Of a stretch of 64,000 nt of DNA, positions 20,327 to 29,993 are shown piece by piece. Made by a program: the position numbers and the translations under genes. This DNA comes from a virus. Position 1 is the first letter of the stretch; every line of letters starts with the position of its first letter. Under the pieces are notes generated by a model, which did not search any database, had not been told where the DNA came from, and saw only the letters and a program-made list of their open reading frames with translations. The DNA lies in the IMG/VR virus record IMGVR_UViG_3300037149_000100. One strand, written 5' to 3'.

Positions 20327-20949
20327 TGAAAATTGTAGAACCAAGTGTAACCCTTTTGCACCACACTCCTGATGCGGAGAAAGTTATCGAACGAGCCGGA
20401 AGGGTTTGTTGGAAATCAGAGGGGAATATCACTGAAGACTCTCACGTAGCCTTCATCAAAATGATCATGGACCCAAGCCGAAAGCATGAATCTGTATTGG
20501 AACATGCCTCCGCTGGGTTCAGCATTGTGTGTGACCGTGGCATCTCCCATGAGATCGTCAGGCATCGTATCGCTTCATACTCGCAAGCCTCTACTAGATA
20601 CTGCTGCTATGCGAAGGACAAGTTTGGCGGTGAAATTTCGGTTATTCGTCCGAGTGGGATTAAAGAAGGCACAAATGAGGGTGTTGTGTGGTATGAGGGT
20701 TGCTACCATGCTGAGCGGGCATACCTAAAACTCATTGAACTGGGGGTACTCCCTCAGAACGCTCGTTCGGTCCTTCCGACATGCCTCGCAACTGAGATCG
20801 TATGGACAGCAAACCTCCGTGAGTGGATGCATATCCTCTCCCTCAGGTCGGCAAAAGCTGCCCATCCAGACATTCGAGTTATTATGGAGATGATCAAACC
20901 TCATTTGGTAAGTATTGCTCCGACAATCTTTGCGAATTACGTTTCGTAA
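20323..20949 (+). CDS. thyX: Flavin-dependent thymidylate synthase
   Basis: HESVLEH, RHRIASYSQASTRY, ARSVLP, NLREW..LR. Confidence 0.93.
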   Translation: MMKIVEPSVTLLHHTPDAEKVIERAGRVCWKSEGNITEDSHVAFIKMIMDPSRKHESVLEHASAGFSIVCDRGISHEIVRHRIASYSQASTRYCCYAKDKFGGEISVIRPSGIKEGTNEGVVWYEGCYHAERAYLKLIELGVLPQNARSVLPTCLATEIVWTANLREWMHILSLRSAKAAHPDIRVIMEMIKPHLVSIAPTIFANYVS

Positions 20950-20992
20950 AGTCTGGAATACTGGTACCTCTTCTGTATGAAGGGGATCCCCA

Positions 20993-21535
20993 ATGGGCAC
21001 TTATTTTATCGTAGAGGCATCGCATTTATTTCGTGCCGGTGAGATTCATTCTTCTCAGCTTTATGTTATAGACGTAGTCAGCTATATCGCACGAGAGATA
21101 CTGAATGAACCGATTACTGAGACTTGGGTGCTATTTGGCTCAACCAAGGAGCAGCAGGCTGACAAGTATATCCAGGCGGTAGAGCGGACGGGTGTGAAAG
21201 TCATCCGCATGGCCCCGATTGATTCACGGATCATTCCAGGGAATATTTTCTATAAACCTTCTACTTATTTGCATGACATTTTTGCCACTTTGCCAACTGG
21301 ATCACAGGTGGTGCTAGTGGGGTTTCATAATACTCGATTTGAGGACTTGCTTCGTAAGTATCAGGAGCAGTTCCGAATCAGTATTTGCGCGTTCACTACC
21401 AAGTCCAAAACAAACAATGATATGAAAATCCCCGACCAATTTCTGCCCTTAGTCGAACGAGCGGTCAGTCTAGATGATCATATCTCTGGCATTAAAAGCG
21501 AGTATAAACGGTCCAAGCAGGTTGAAGTCCAGTAA
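20993..21535 (+). CDS. Hypothetical protein, possibly NYN/PIN-fold without catalytic Asp
   Basis: Strand/helix pattern FIVEASHL...VVLVG..RFEDLL...SLDD resembles LabA/NYN. Confidence 0.4.
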   Translation: MGTYFIVEASHLFRAGEIHSSQLYVIDVVSYIAREILNEPITETWVLFGSTKEQQADKYIQAVERTGVKVIRMAPIDSRIIPGNIFYKPSTYLHDIFATLPTGSQVVLVGFHNTRFEDLLRKYQEQFRISICAFTTKSKTNNDMKIPDQFLPLVERAVSLDDHISGIKSEYKRSKQVEVQ

Positions 21536-21580
21536 TAATCAAGTAAGGATCAAACTTTTTGACACTATGTAGAGGATCCG

Positions 21581-22201
21581 ATGAAATACAGCACTGTTAC
21601 AGAGGAGCAATTGGACGTACTCCAGCAAGGACTAGACTTACTGGCCCACGTTAACCATGACCTCGTACCCACTACGTTGTATTTATATGGCCTGTTAAAG
21701 CCAGGGAGCCCCATCCTTGCGAGTATCCAGGAAGCGGTCGGGGAAGATAACGCTGGAGAGATAAATGAGAGTGAGCTTAATATTGAAACCGCTGCTGTGG
21801 CTATTAGGCTTAGTAGTGATATTCTACAGTTTATTCTAGGCTCTGGCTATCGGGCAAACGATGAAGATTTCCAGTATATGATGAATGGAGAGCTACACGA
21901 GAGTAGTTTATCCTACGTTTCATCCAAGCCAACCCTACTCCTGTCCGAATTTGAAAAGGTAGCACTTGCAGATGACGGATATTGGTTGAAGGACTTTTTG
22001 CAAGCTGAGGGGGCTGGACGAGAGCAACAGAACCCTTCTGTAGTGACCCGCACCGAACCAGCTACAAAAGAACCGCATGGTGGGGCAGAGAATGTGCTGC
22101 ATGAGCAGTATCCTCACCAGTCATCACTCAAGCCCATAGTGGGTCGGCTCACCTCTGAGATGGTTGAGCAGTTGATTTGGAAGAATCGTCTAAAAACCTA
22201 A
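21581..22201 (+). CDS. Hypothetical protein
   Basis: RBS GAGG; 206-aa ORF. Confidence 0.6.
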   Translation: MKYSTVTEEQLDVLQQGLDLLAHVNHDLVPTTLYLYGLLKPGSPILASIQEAVGEDNAGEINESELNIETAAVAIRLSSDILQFILGSGYRANDEDFQYMMNGELHESSLSYVSSKPTLLLSEFEKVALADDGYWLKDFLQAEGAGREQQNPSVVTRTEPATKEPHGGAENVLHEQYPHQSSLKPIVGRLTSEMVEQLIWKNRLKT

Positions 22202-22212
22202 AGGAGACACAG

Positions 22213-22575
22213 ATGAGAGTGATGGATGCCCCACCCGCTGCCCAGTCACCAGTTGAGATTCAACTTGTTGTGTCATCCGAATATGAACAGGCTGTCTGGA
22301 AGCCTGACTACATCAAGGTGCTGCTTTGGTTTGAGACCGAACAGCCCCGAACCCTCGCTGCTAAAATATTGCAAGCTCCACCTTTTGAGATAGTAGGTCC
22401 AGTTTTAGAATATGTTGCTATACTTAAACCCGCCAAGAAAGTGTTCGATATGACCTGGGCTTTCCTGGAGGATTTCGAAACTCTCAAGGACAGGGGCGCG
22501 GTTCCTTCAGATGCCAAACTAGGCAGTTTTGACTTTATCGAGGAAGACAAACGTTTCCTGGCTTGGGTGATGTAA
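22213..22575 (+). CDS. Hypothetical protein
   Basis: RBS AAGGAG. Confidence 0.6.
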   Translation: MRVMDAPPAAQSPVEIQLVVSSEYEQAVWKPDYIKVLLWFETEQPRTLAAKILQAPPFEIVGPVLEYVAILKPAKKVFDMTWAFLEDFETLKDRGAVPSDAKLGSFDFIEEDKRFLAWVM

Positions 22576-22627
22576 AAAACGTATCTGAATCAGCCTCCCA
22601 CCGAGTATAATATGGTAGGAGGCTCTG

Positions 22628-22825
22628 ATGAGTGATAGTTCTACAAATACGGGTGGCGGGTGTGTCACGGTCGGTGGGCTCGTTGCGGTGATATTGAGTG
22701 CTGCTCTGAACCATTCATTCTGGTGGGGGTTGCTCCACTTTTTCTTCGGATGGTTCTATGTTTTGTACGCTTTGATTTGCCGGTCTCATGAGATCATGCC
22801 TGCCCTTCGAAGCATGTTCTCATGA
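22628..22825 (+). CDS. Small membrane protein
   Basis: GAGTATAAT motif and RBS GGAGG; W/F-rich TM segments. Confidence 0.6.
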   Translation: MSDSSTNTGGGCVTVGGLVAVILSAALNHSFWWGLLHFFFGWFYVLYALICRSHEIMPALRSMFS

Positions 22826-23034
22826 ACGAACCCACTGAAACTGAGCTTGAGCAATTGAGGATTGAGATTAGCCAAATGTCTCATTATCAGATGGCACGTA
22901 GGTATAGGTATGCTCCTTCGGGTGATCCGATGTTCCGCTTCGACCTTCCGTTGAACCGTTTGTTTATGGAGCGATTCAAGCAGTTGGGTGGGTGGACTCC
23001 GGAGATTTCAAAACAAGTTGGATGGGATTATTAA
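22822..23034 (+). CDS. Small phage protein
   Basis: ATGA overlap; RYAPSGDP...GGWTPEISKQVGW motif. Confidence 0.6.
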   Translation: MNEPTETELEQLRIEISQMSHYQMARRYRYAPSGDPMFRFDLPLNRLFMERFKQLGGWTPEISKQVGWDY

Positions 23035-23035
23035 T

Positions 23036-25225
23036 ATGGCAGAAGATAACAGACCATTTGAGGAAGCTGGCAAGGGCCTCATCATCAGCACCAATAACGA
23101 GCTGATTAACGCTCGCCACGCATATTATGCCCAAGCCCGCCCGATCATGACCGATGCGGAGTATGATCGGATGGAGCAGCAGCTATATGATATGGTGAAG
23201 GGGCTTCCCCAGTTCCGCTCCCTCGCCACCATTCTGACCACCGTTGGCTCTGACATGGTGAACAGCGGGGGTCGGATCAAGCACCGGACCCCCATGTTGA
23301 GTCTGGATAAGACCTACGATTTCGCAGAGCTTACCAGTTGGCTCGAACAGTTCCCCGGTCAACAATTCGTGATTGAACCGAAGGTTGATGGCTGCTCGTG
23401 CTCCACAATCTATATCAATCGCAAACTCATCAAAGCGGTAACCCGTGGTGACGGGCTGTTCGGTGAGGATGTGACGAAGCAGATGGCTGCAAGTGGCGCG
23501 GTTCCACTGACCTTACCGGAAGAGTTCTACCCAGAGACCCCCGTGGAAATCAGGGGAGAGGTGTTCATTGCCGTTTCCCAGTTTGACAAGTTAAACAAGG
23601 AATTGGAAGCTGAGGGTGAGAAGCCGTATGCCTCGCCTCGCAATCTTGCTGCCGGTTCGATGAAGCTGTTGGACCTTGAAGCAGTTCGGCGGCGGGGCCT
23701 ACGCATGTTCGTATGGGAGGTGAACGGCATCCCTCAAGACTACCTGAGCAAACGCTCCGCCTCCCTGGACTACTGTCATCAGGCCATCCAATACGTGACC
23801 CGCACGAACCCCTGCTTCCCTCAATCCATCCTGAGCGTCTGCTGTGATCCGCAGGGAGTGGTGGATGCGATTGATAATCAAATCCGCAAAGAGCGGGAGA
23901 TTGTCTGGCTAGGTGGCTTGGGTATGCATACCGATGGGGTGGTCATTAAGCTGGTTAGCCCACAGGCCCGCAAGGAAGCGGGTTTGGGCACACGAACACC
24001 GCACTGGGGTCTCGCATGGAAATACCCCTCTGAGAAGAAGGGAACGGTCCTGAAGGATGTGGTATGGCAGACCGGTCGAACCGGAAGCCTCACTCCCGTT
24101 GGTATCCTCGATCCCATCAATATTGGTGGAGCGATGGTCAGCAGGGTAAATCTGAATAATTATTCTTTCATAACCGAATTGGGAATTGGTATCGGTGATG
24201 AAGTTTTGATAAAGCGTGGAGGGGAGGTGATCCCTGTGTGCAGTGGGATTAGCCTAAAATCCCCCACTTCCATTCTCATTCCTGAACCAACTGTGTGTGC
24301 TTGCGGAGCACCAATCATTAGTGGAATTAACCCCAAATCCGGTGTGCTGACTCACTGGTGCGATAACTTTGAATGCTCCGAGCAATTGAAGGCTAAGCTC
24401 TGCTATGTGGCGGATCGCTCTGTTCTGGAGATTGATGAACTCGGCCCTGAACTATCCACCAAGCTGGTTGAAGAAGATTTTGTCACCACCTTCTCCGACC
24501 TGATGGAGTTCTCTAACAGCATCATCACTGGTCTGGAGAAGAGCAAGTCTGAAGCAGTCTCTCTCAAACTTACTGGTTTGGGTTTTAGTGCTGCCCAGAT
24601 CATCAAGATGTGCAAATCTCTAGAAACTGTGAAGACCCGTGAGTGGGACCGATGGTTGGCAAGCCTTGAAATTCCAGGTATTGGCAGGGTAATGAGTAAG
24701 GGACTGGCCACTCTGTGCCGACTCCAACCGGATGATATGCCTCGTCTCAGGGATATCCTCACCAAAGCTTTGAATGGTGAGAAGATTGACGGTATCGGAG
24801 ATGTGAAGAAAACTGAGGTGCTGTCCTATTTTGCCACGCATGGTCAATATTTCGATGAAGAGGTCCAGGCGCTCTACGATGCGGGGGTCAGGCCCAAGGC
24901 TTTGATTCAGGCAGCCGTAGCGGGCGAGCAGCCCTTGGCTGGCTATGTGGTTTGCATCACCGGGGAGTTCTACAGTTTCGGTGAGCGAGAACATCTGCAA
25001 AAATGCCTCGCTAGCATTGGGGCTACCATCAAGACCGGAGTGAGCAAGAAGCTGACCCATCTGATTGCCGGTGCTGAAGCGGGGCGCTCTAAGTTGGCTA
25101 AGGCGAAAGAGTTGAACATCCCGCTGCTCAGAGAAGATTGGCTGCGATTGGCATTTACGGATAATCACCTCCCACTGAAACCTAAGGGATTTGAAGCTGA
25201 AGATGCGGACGATGGATTCATCTGA
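23036..25225 (+). CDS. ligA: NAD-dependent DNA ligase
   Basis: YY..., DAEYD, PMLSL, EPKVDG, TRGDG, RGE, PRNLAAGS, Zn finger, HhH, C-terminal BRCT. Confidence 0.95.
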   Translation: MAEDNRPFEEAGKGLIISTNNELINARHAYYAQARPIMTDAEYDRMEQQLYDMVKGLPQFRSLATILTTVGSDMVNSGGRIKHRTPMLSLDKTYDFAELTSWLEQFPGQQFVIEPKVDGCSCSTIYINRKLIKAVTRGDGLFGEDVTKQMAASGAVPLTLPEEFYPETPVEIRGEVFIAVSQFDKLNKELEAEGEKPYASPRNLAAGSMKLLDLEAVRRRGLRMFVWEVNGIPQDYLSKRSASLDYCHQAIQYVTRTNPCFPQSILSVCCDPQGVVDAIDNQIRKEREIVWLGGLGMHTDGVVIKLVSPQARKEAGLGTRTPHWGLAWKYPSEKKGTVLKDVVWQTGRTGSLTPVGILDPINIGGAMVSRVNLNNYSFITELGIGIGDEVLIKRGGEVIPVCSGISLKSPTSILIPEPTVCACGAPIISGINPKSGVLTHWCDNFECSEQLKAKLCYVADRSVLEIDELGPELSTKLVEEDFVTTFSDLMEFSNSIITGLEKSKSEAVSLKLTGLGFSAAQIIKMCKSLETVKTREWDRWLASLEIPGIGRVMSKGLATLCRLQPDDMPRLRDILTKALNGEKIDGIGDVKKTEVLSYFATHGQYFDEEVQALYDAGVRPKALIQAAVAGEQPLAGYVVCITGEFYSFGEREHLQKCLASIGATIKTGVSKKLTHLIAGAEAGRSKLAKAKELNIPLLREDWLRLAFTDNHLPLKPKGFEAEDADDGFI

Positions 25226-25250
25226 GTATTAGAAAGGAGGAGATGAGAAA

Positions 25251-25616
25251 ATGGGATGGGGGGAGTGCATCGTGAACTATTTTCAAGAAAAGGCGAATGG
25301 GGCTGACATTGAGTTCACGCTTAACCGACTAAGCTCTTATCACAGGGGGGAATGGACGGTGAGCAACGGGGTTAGTTTCAAGCTTCACCCAAATCGCATG
25401 GCATATGCTTGGGTTGTCAGAGATGGCACTCGAATGGATATGTGGGAAACCAATTCAGGTTATTTGGTTTCGGATCCTCTGCTCAAGCAGTGGCTCTATG
25501 AGGGAGTGGCTCTGTTAGACCAAGAGCTAAAAGAACAAAGTCAGAGATGGGCTGCCGAACGAGCCCAAACAGAAAAAGAATTCGCAGCAATTTACCAACA
25601 ACAGGAGTCTAAATGA
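25251..25616 (+). CDS. Hypothetical protein
   Basis: Promoter motif and RBS AGGAGG. Confidence 0.55.
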   Translation: MGWGECIVNYFQEKANGADIEFTLNRLSSYHRGEWTVSNGVSFKLHPNRMAYAWVVRDGTRMDMWETNSGYLVSDPLLKQWLYEGVALLDQELKEQSQRWAAERAQTEKEFAAIYQQQESK

Positions 25617-25849
25617 TTATCACGCAAACCGTAGCCGATAGGCTGAAGAACAATCTCATGTTCGACAAGACCAACATCATGGGTGCCCAGGGGGCGATTC
25701 AAATTCTGTTCCGCAATGAGGACCAGCAATCAGTTGAAACCCTCTACTCTCTCCTCCGCAGTATCTCTGAGGGTGCGGATCGGTTGGTTGGGTTGGAAGT
25801 TCCCGATACAGAATTTTCTGGATCGATGGACTACAAAGACCAAAATTGA
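25613..25849 (+). CDS. Hypothetical protein
   Basis: ATGA overlap; RBS. Confidence 0.55.
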   Translation: MIITQTVADRLKNNLMFDKTNIMGAQGAIQILFRNEDQQSVETLYSLLRSISEGADRLVGLEVPDTEFSGSMDYKDQN

Positions 25850-25854
25850 GTAAT

Positions 25855-25975
25855 ACGTAGTAGGCACACGCCTTGCCGGTGTGGTGGTTCCCCTCCCTCC
25901 CACCCCCGGTAGTTTGAAGGACTTGATGATTGGTCCTTGTTCAAGCCCCCACCAAACAGTGGGGGTTCTTTTTTT
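25855..25975 (+). ncRNA. Candidate small RNA with a CCCUCCCUCC tract
   Basis: GAGTAATA motif at 25848, hairpins, terminator GCCCCCAC/GTGGGGGT plus T run; no ORF. Confidence 0.5.
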
Positions 25976-26061
25976 GTTGACAAGAAGATTCGATTCTGGC
26001 TATACTTAGTTCTTACGGTGCGTCTCGCACAAAACTGAGTATTACATAACAGGAGGAGCAC

Positions 26062-26871
26062 ATGGGACAACCCATCAAGGGCACGATCAGCAATATCATC
26101 TTCATCAAAGGGACCGGGAAGGATAATAGGGCTGCATATCAGGTTGGCACCGAGAGGGTGCCAGCGGCAGTCATTACTCGGCTATTGTCGGCAGTTGAAG
26201 GGGTGTCGGGCTTTCCTTTAGACCGCCACTTCTACCTAGGACTGAAGCGATACCCCGCTTTTATGGATGAGCTAGATGCCCAGGATATCTCTCCTGCCAT
26301 CGCTATCGCAGACCTCCAGAAACTTCAAGAGGGGACTAGTGCATTGTATTCGAGTAACCCCATCAACGCCTCTGGGGCTCGTAATGAGGCAGAAATGGAA
26401 AACATCATTGAGATGTTGACGGGGGTGAAGGTTCGACACTACGTAAAGAGTAACCCTAGGACGCATCTGCGATATGGCGCTGACCCTGAATGTGTGCATC
26501 ACTTTCCCGCACTCCAGAGAGGGCCTCAGAAGCATAAAGTGATTCCGGACCAAACTATGTGGGTTCCAGCCCTCCGTCACACCTACTTTGTGGAGGATAG
26601 AACCCAGACGGTTGGAGGTTCGGTTGACGCAAAGATATATAAGCTCCCCTCCCAGTATTTGAAAAATGGAGACATGTCGAAGGACCAAACTCTGGTGCTT
26701 GTGGCTGATGCCCCTGGCATCCCTGACTACGAAAAAGAAGCTATTGAGAGGGAGTTTCGTGATGCTGGTGCATTAGCGGGACGGAATTACCTGCTTTTCT
26801 GGTCTAAGGTGGATTTCGCAAAGGCATTTTCCAAGCCCATGAGTGAATGGCCAAAGACCCAGGGAGAGTAA
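26062..26871 (+). CDS. Hypothetical protein
   Basis: Promoter motif and RBS AGGAGG. Confidence 0.65.
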   Translation: MGQPIKGTISNIIFIKGTGKDNRAAYQVGTERVPAAVITRLLSAVEGVSGFPLDRHFYLGLKRYPAFMDELDAQDISPAIAIADLQKLQEGTSALYSSNPINASGARNEAEMENIIEMLTGVKVRHYVKSNPRTHLRYGADPECVHHFPALQRGPQKHKVIPDQTMWVPALRHTYFVEDRTQTVGGSVDAKIYKLPSQYLKNGDMSKDQTLVLVADAPGIPDYEKEAIEREFRDAGALAGRNYLLFWSKVDFAKAFSKPMSEWPKTQGE

Positions 26872-26875
26872 TGTA

Positions 26876-27610
26876 GTGTTGGAATTAAATAGAATCTATT
26901 GCGAGAATTGTTTGGACACGATGCTCAAGCTTCCGAAAGAATGTATAGATTTGGTAGTGACGAGCCCCCCTTATGATGATTTACGATGCTACAATGGCTA
27001 TAGCTTTGATTTTGAGGTAGTCGCTAAGGAGTTGTGTCGTATCCTGAAGCCTGGGGGGGTTATCGTTTGGATAGTGGGAGACTCGGTTCAGAAAGGTTCT
27101 GAGTCTCTTACGTCTTTCAAACAGGCTCTGTTCTTCAAGGGCCTAGGGCTAAATATCCATGACACAATGATTTATGAGAAGAACAGCCCCGCTTATCCAG
27201 CCAGAGCATGTGGCAACCGCTATACACAGATATTCGAATACATGTTCATCGTTACAAAGGGGAAGCCCAAGACGGTCAATTTGATTTGTGATAAACCAAA
27301 CAAGTGGGCTGGATGGAAGGATTTTTCAGGGAAACTGAAGAACCCCGTCCCTGATTTTTCTCCCCGCTGGAACATTTGGCGCTATGTGACGAGCTTCAAT
27401 GGGGTGAAGCACCCCGCTCCCTTTCCTGAAAGTCTTTGTAGGGATCACATTATCACATGGTCTAATCCAGACGATATTGTGTATGACCCTTTCATGGGGA
27501 GTGGAACCACAGCAAAGATGGCCCTGTTGGAGAAAAGAAAGTTTATCGGAAGCGAAATTTCAGAGGCATACTGTCTGATAGCTGAGGAACGAATTAAGAG
27601 TCTCCTATAG
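26876..27610 (+). CDS. DNA N4-C/N6-A methyltransferase (beta class)
   Basis: TSPPY precedes HPAPFP and DPFMGSGTT. Confidence 0.9.
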   Translation: MLELNRIYCENCLDTMLKLPKECIDLVVTSPPYDDLRCYNGYSFDFEVVAKELCRILKPGGVIVWIVGDSVQKGSESLTSFKQALFFKGLGLNIHDTMIYEKNSPAYPARACGNRYTQIFEYMFIVTKGKPKTVNLICDKPNKWAGWKDFSGKLKNPVPDFSPRWNIWRYVTSFNGVKHPAPFPESLCRDHIITWSNPDDIVYDPFMGSGTTAKMALLEKRKFIGSEISEAYCLIAEERIKSLL

Positions 27611-27655
27611 ACAAACTGACCCAATTGAGAGTATAATAGAGAGAAGGAGATTCCG

Positions 27656-27877
27656 ATGTCTGACCCAAGTCTGGTCGCACTGCCCCCTGAGGAAAAGCTG
27701 AAGGCCATCGCTGAACGTCTCCGTGACAAGGTTGCGGATTGGGGGGAGTGGGGTGGCGAGATGTACTGCTACGATGATGGGGAAGCTGCCCGTGATGAAG
27801 GTAAGGCCCTGGCCTACGAACAGGCTGCAGACGACCTGGAATGGATACTTCGTGCGTTCGGATTGGAGAAATCATGA
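27656..27877 (+). CDS. Hypothetical protein
   Basis: GAGTATAAT motif and RBS. Confidence 0.55.
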   Translation: MSDPSLVALPPEEKLKAIAERLRDKVADWGEWGGEMYCYDDGEAARDEGKALAYEQAADDLEWILRAFGLEKS

Positions 27878-28173
27878 AACACAAGACCAAGACCATCAAT
27901 TACCTCTCGTTCCGCGACATGGTGGCTCGGCTTGTCCCCAGGACGGCAGATGCTGGCCCCGCTGACGGGTTCCCGGTGGTGTTCTGCTTCCCTGGCATCG
28001 TGGAGGGCCTACCGGAATACATGATGGGCACCTACCTGATCGTGTCCTCCATGGTGGCCCAGCATCCGGACATTGCCATAACCCGCCCTGACGTTCTTGC
28101 CCCCAACACCGGTCCCACTGCAATCCGAGAGAATGGCCAGATCGTGGCCGTCAGGGGGTTCCAACGGTTTTAG
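27874..28173 (+). CDS. Hypothetical protein
   Basis: ATGA overlap; GLPE...YLIVS..VA...P.T pattern. Confidence 0.55.
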   Translation: MKHKTKTINYLSFRDMVARLVPRTADAGPADGFPVVFCFPGIVEGLPEYMMGTYLIVSSMVAQHPDIAITRPDVLAPNTGPTAIRENGQIVAVRGFQRF

Positions 28174-28234
28174 AGAGATTCTCAAGGTGCATCCTGCACG
28201 AACCGAGTATTAATAACCAAAAGGAGAAGCCTGA

Positions 28235-28840
28235 ATGCCTACTGGATACACCGCAATGATTTTCGAAGGGGCGACTGCCAAACAGTTCGCCGCTAGATGC
28301 ATGAGGGCATTCGGAGTCGCAGCCCACATGCGAGATGACGACTGGGATAAGGAAGTTCCCCGCCAACTTCTTGAAGACGAAAGCACTTGGCATAAGGAGG
28401 GACTCGAAAAGGCCAAGGCTGAACTGGAAGCATGGCATCTGATGCCTATGATGGATAAAATCATTTGGGCTCAGACTACAATCGATGATCGGATTGCTCG
28501 TTATGAAGCTGAGATTGCTGAAAATGAGATGAACAATTTGAAGTTGAAGAAGACCTTCGTTCTGATTTCCCACATGGCAGTTCCGGAGGAACTCAACAAT
28601 TTTAAGAGCTTCATGCTGGAACAGCTTAGCACCAGCATGGAGGACTCATCCTACTACAGGGAGGAAATCCAGAAGTTTAAAGAGAAGACCCCTGAAAGTT
28701 TCATAGCAGATCATTCGGAACAATTGGGGTGGGTGGTGAAGAATCATCAGAAACGTTTGGAAGAAGGCAGGGAGTGTCTGGTGAAAAATAATCGTATTCT
28801 TGCTCTGATGTGGGCTGCGATTGACAGCATCCCTGAATAG
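28235..28840 (+). CDS. Phage protein (MPTGYT N-terminus)
   Basis: Promoter motif and RBS; MPTGYT...CMRAFG. Confidence 0.65.
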   Translation: MPTGYTAMIFEGATAKQFAARCMRAFGVAAHMRDDDWDKEVPRQLLEDESTWHKEGLEKAKAELEAWHLMPMMDKIIWAQTTIDDRIARYEAEIAENEMNNLKLKKTFVLISHMAVPEELNNFKSFMLEQLSTSMEDSSYYREEIQKFKEKTPESFIADHSEQLGWVVKNHQKRLEEGRECLVKNNRILALMWAAIDSIPE

Positions 28841-28865
28841 TGGTAAAATAAGACAAGGGGTAAGA

Positions 28866-29474
28866 ATGAGCACCGGACTGAGCAGATTTTTCATTGAGTC
28901 CAGCAAGGATATTCCTGGCTGGACGGAGGAGCATAATACGGCCCTGGTCGATCTGATGAACAACCATGATTCAGTATTTTGGGAGGCGTGGATATGGGGG
29001 TTTCGAACAGGCTACCGTAAAGGGGTAGTCCTGGTATCTATCGCCCCGGAGGATCTCCCTGGCCCGTTGAAGTCCAGGGTCGTACCGGTGAGTCGCCAGA
29101 CTGAGTTCGTCACGGTCTGCAAATCTCGTGTGGCCGGTGAGACCCCTCGCAAGAAAACGATGGCTCTGGTGGATGAGTTGCCTGATGCCAAATACATCAC
29201 GGCTGTGCTCTATCATAAGGATGTGCTGGCTGAAGATTCAGACCGCTCCACTGAGTGTGATTGGGAGGTCGTGGCTGTTCTGTGTCAGGTGGACGAGGAA
29301 GAGCCCATGACCCCCGCTACGATGATGAGCAATCATTTCAAAGCGGATGGTGGAACCGCCACCCTGATGAGTCCTGAAACGTTTGAAGCAGAGCTTCGAA
29401 AAGCTTACAACTACTGGAAGAACAGGGCTATGGGAATCACAAAAGAGGAGTGGAACGAAGACAATGGAAATTAG
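28866..29474 (+). CDS. Hypothetical protein
   Basis: Open frame with GYRKGV..V and PMTP.TM..N motifs. Confidence 0.6.
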   Translation: MSTGLSRFFIESSKDIPGWTEEHNTALVDLMNNHDSVFWEAWIWGFRTGYRKGVVLVSIAPEDLPGPLKSRVVPVSRQTEFVTVCKSRVAGETPRKKTMALVDELPDAKYITAVLYHKDVLAEDSDRSTECDWEVVAVLCQVDEEEPMTPATMMSNHFKADGGTATLMSPETFEAELRKAYNYWKNRAMGITKEEWNEDNGN

Positions 29475-29934
29475 TGTGATTTACATCGATCAAGATGGTG
29501 TGCTAGCTCATTTTGATAAATGGAAAGATGCCCAGCCGGGGATCACTAGGGAGACCCTGTGGGATGAGGTGAAGAAAATCCCCCATTTTTATTCCACCCT
29601 AGAGGTAATGCCAGAGGCACACCGGCTCATGAGCTACCTCCAGAGCCTTCACATCCCTTTGGCCATCCTGACGGGCATTCCACGCAGAGCTACGGTGCCA
29701 GATGCAGAACAGGACAAAGCCGAATGGATACTCAAGAATTTTGGCCATATCGAGTTTCACATTGGTCCGTTCGCCCAGGATAAACAGAACTGGTCAGGTC
29801 CCGGTATGGTTTTGATAGATGACAAGCCGATCAACATCCAGCAGTGGGAACAGAAGGGAGGGAAGGGGTTCCTCTACGAGGGATTCCTGGTCCTCTACGA
29901 CGAAATGCAGGAATACCTTAAAGAGAGCATTTAG
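29464..29934 (+). CDS. HAD-family 5'(3')-nucleotidase
   Basis: IYIDQDGVLAHF, ILT, LIDD...NIQQW. Confidence 0.8.
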   Translation: MEISVIYIDQDGVLAHFDKWKDAQPGITRETLWDEVKKIPHFYSTLEVMPEAHRLMSYLQSLHIPLAILTGIPRRATVPDAEQDKAEWILKNFGHIEFHIGPFAQDKQNWSGPGMVLIDDKPINIQQWEQKGGKGFLYEGFLVLYDEMQEYLKESI

Positions 29935-29993
29935 TCATTTTGGACAGGCAAAAACGCTGTAAAAGACAGCCCCTTAGCTATTAAGGAGATCCG

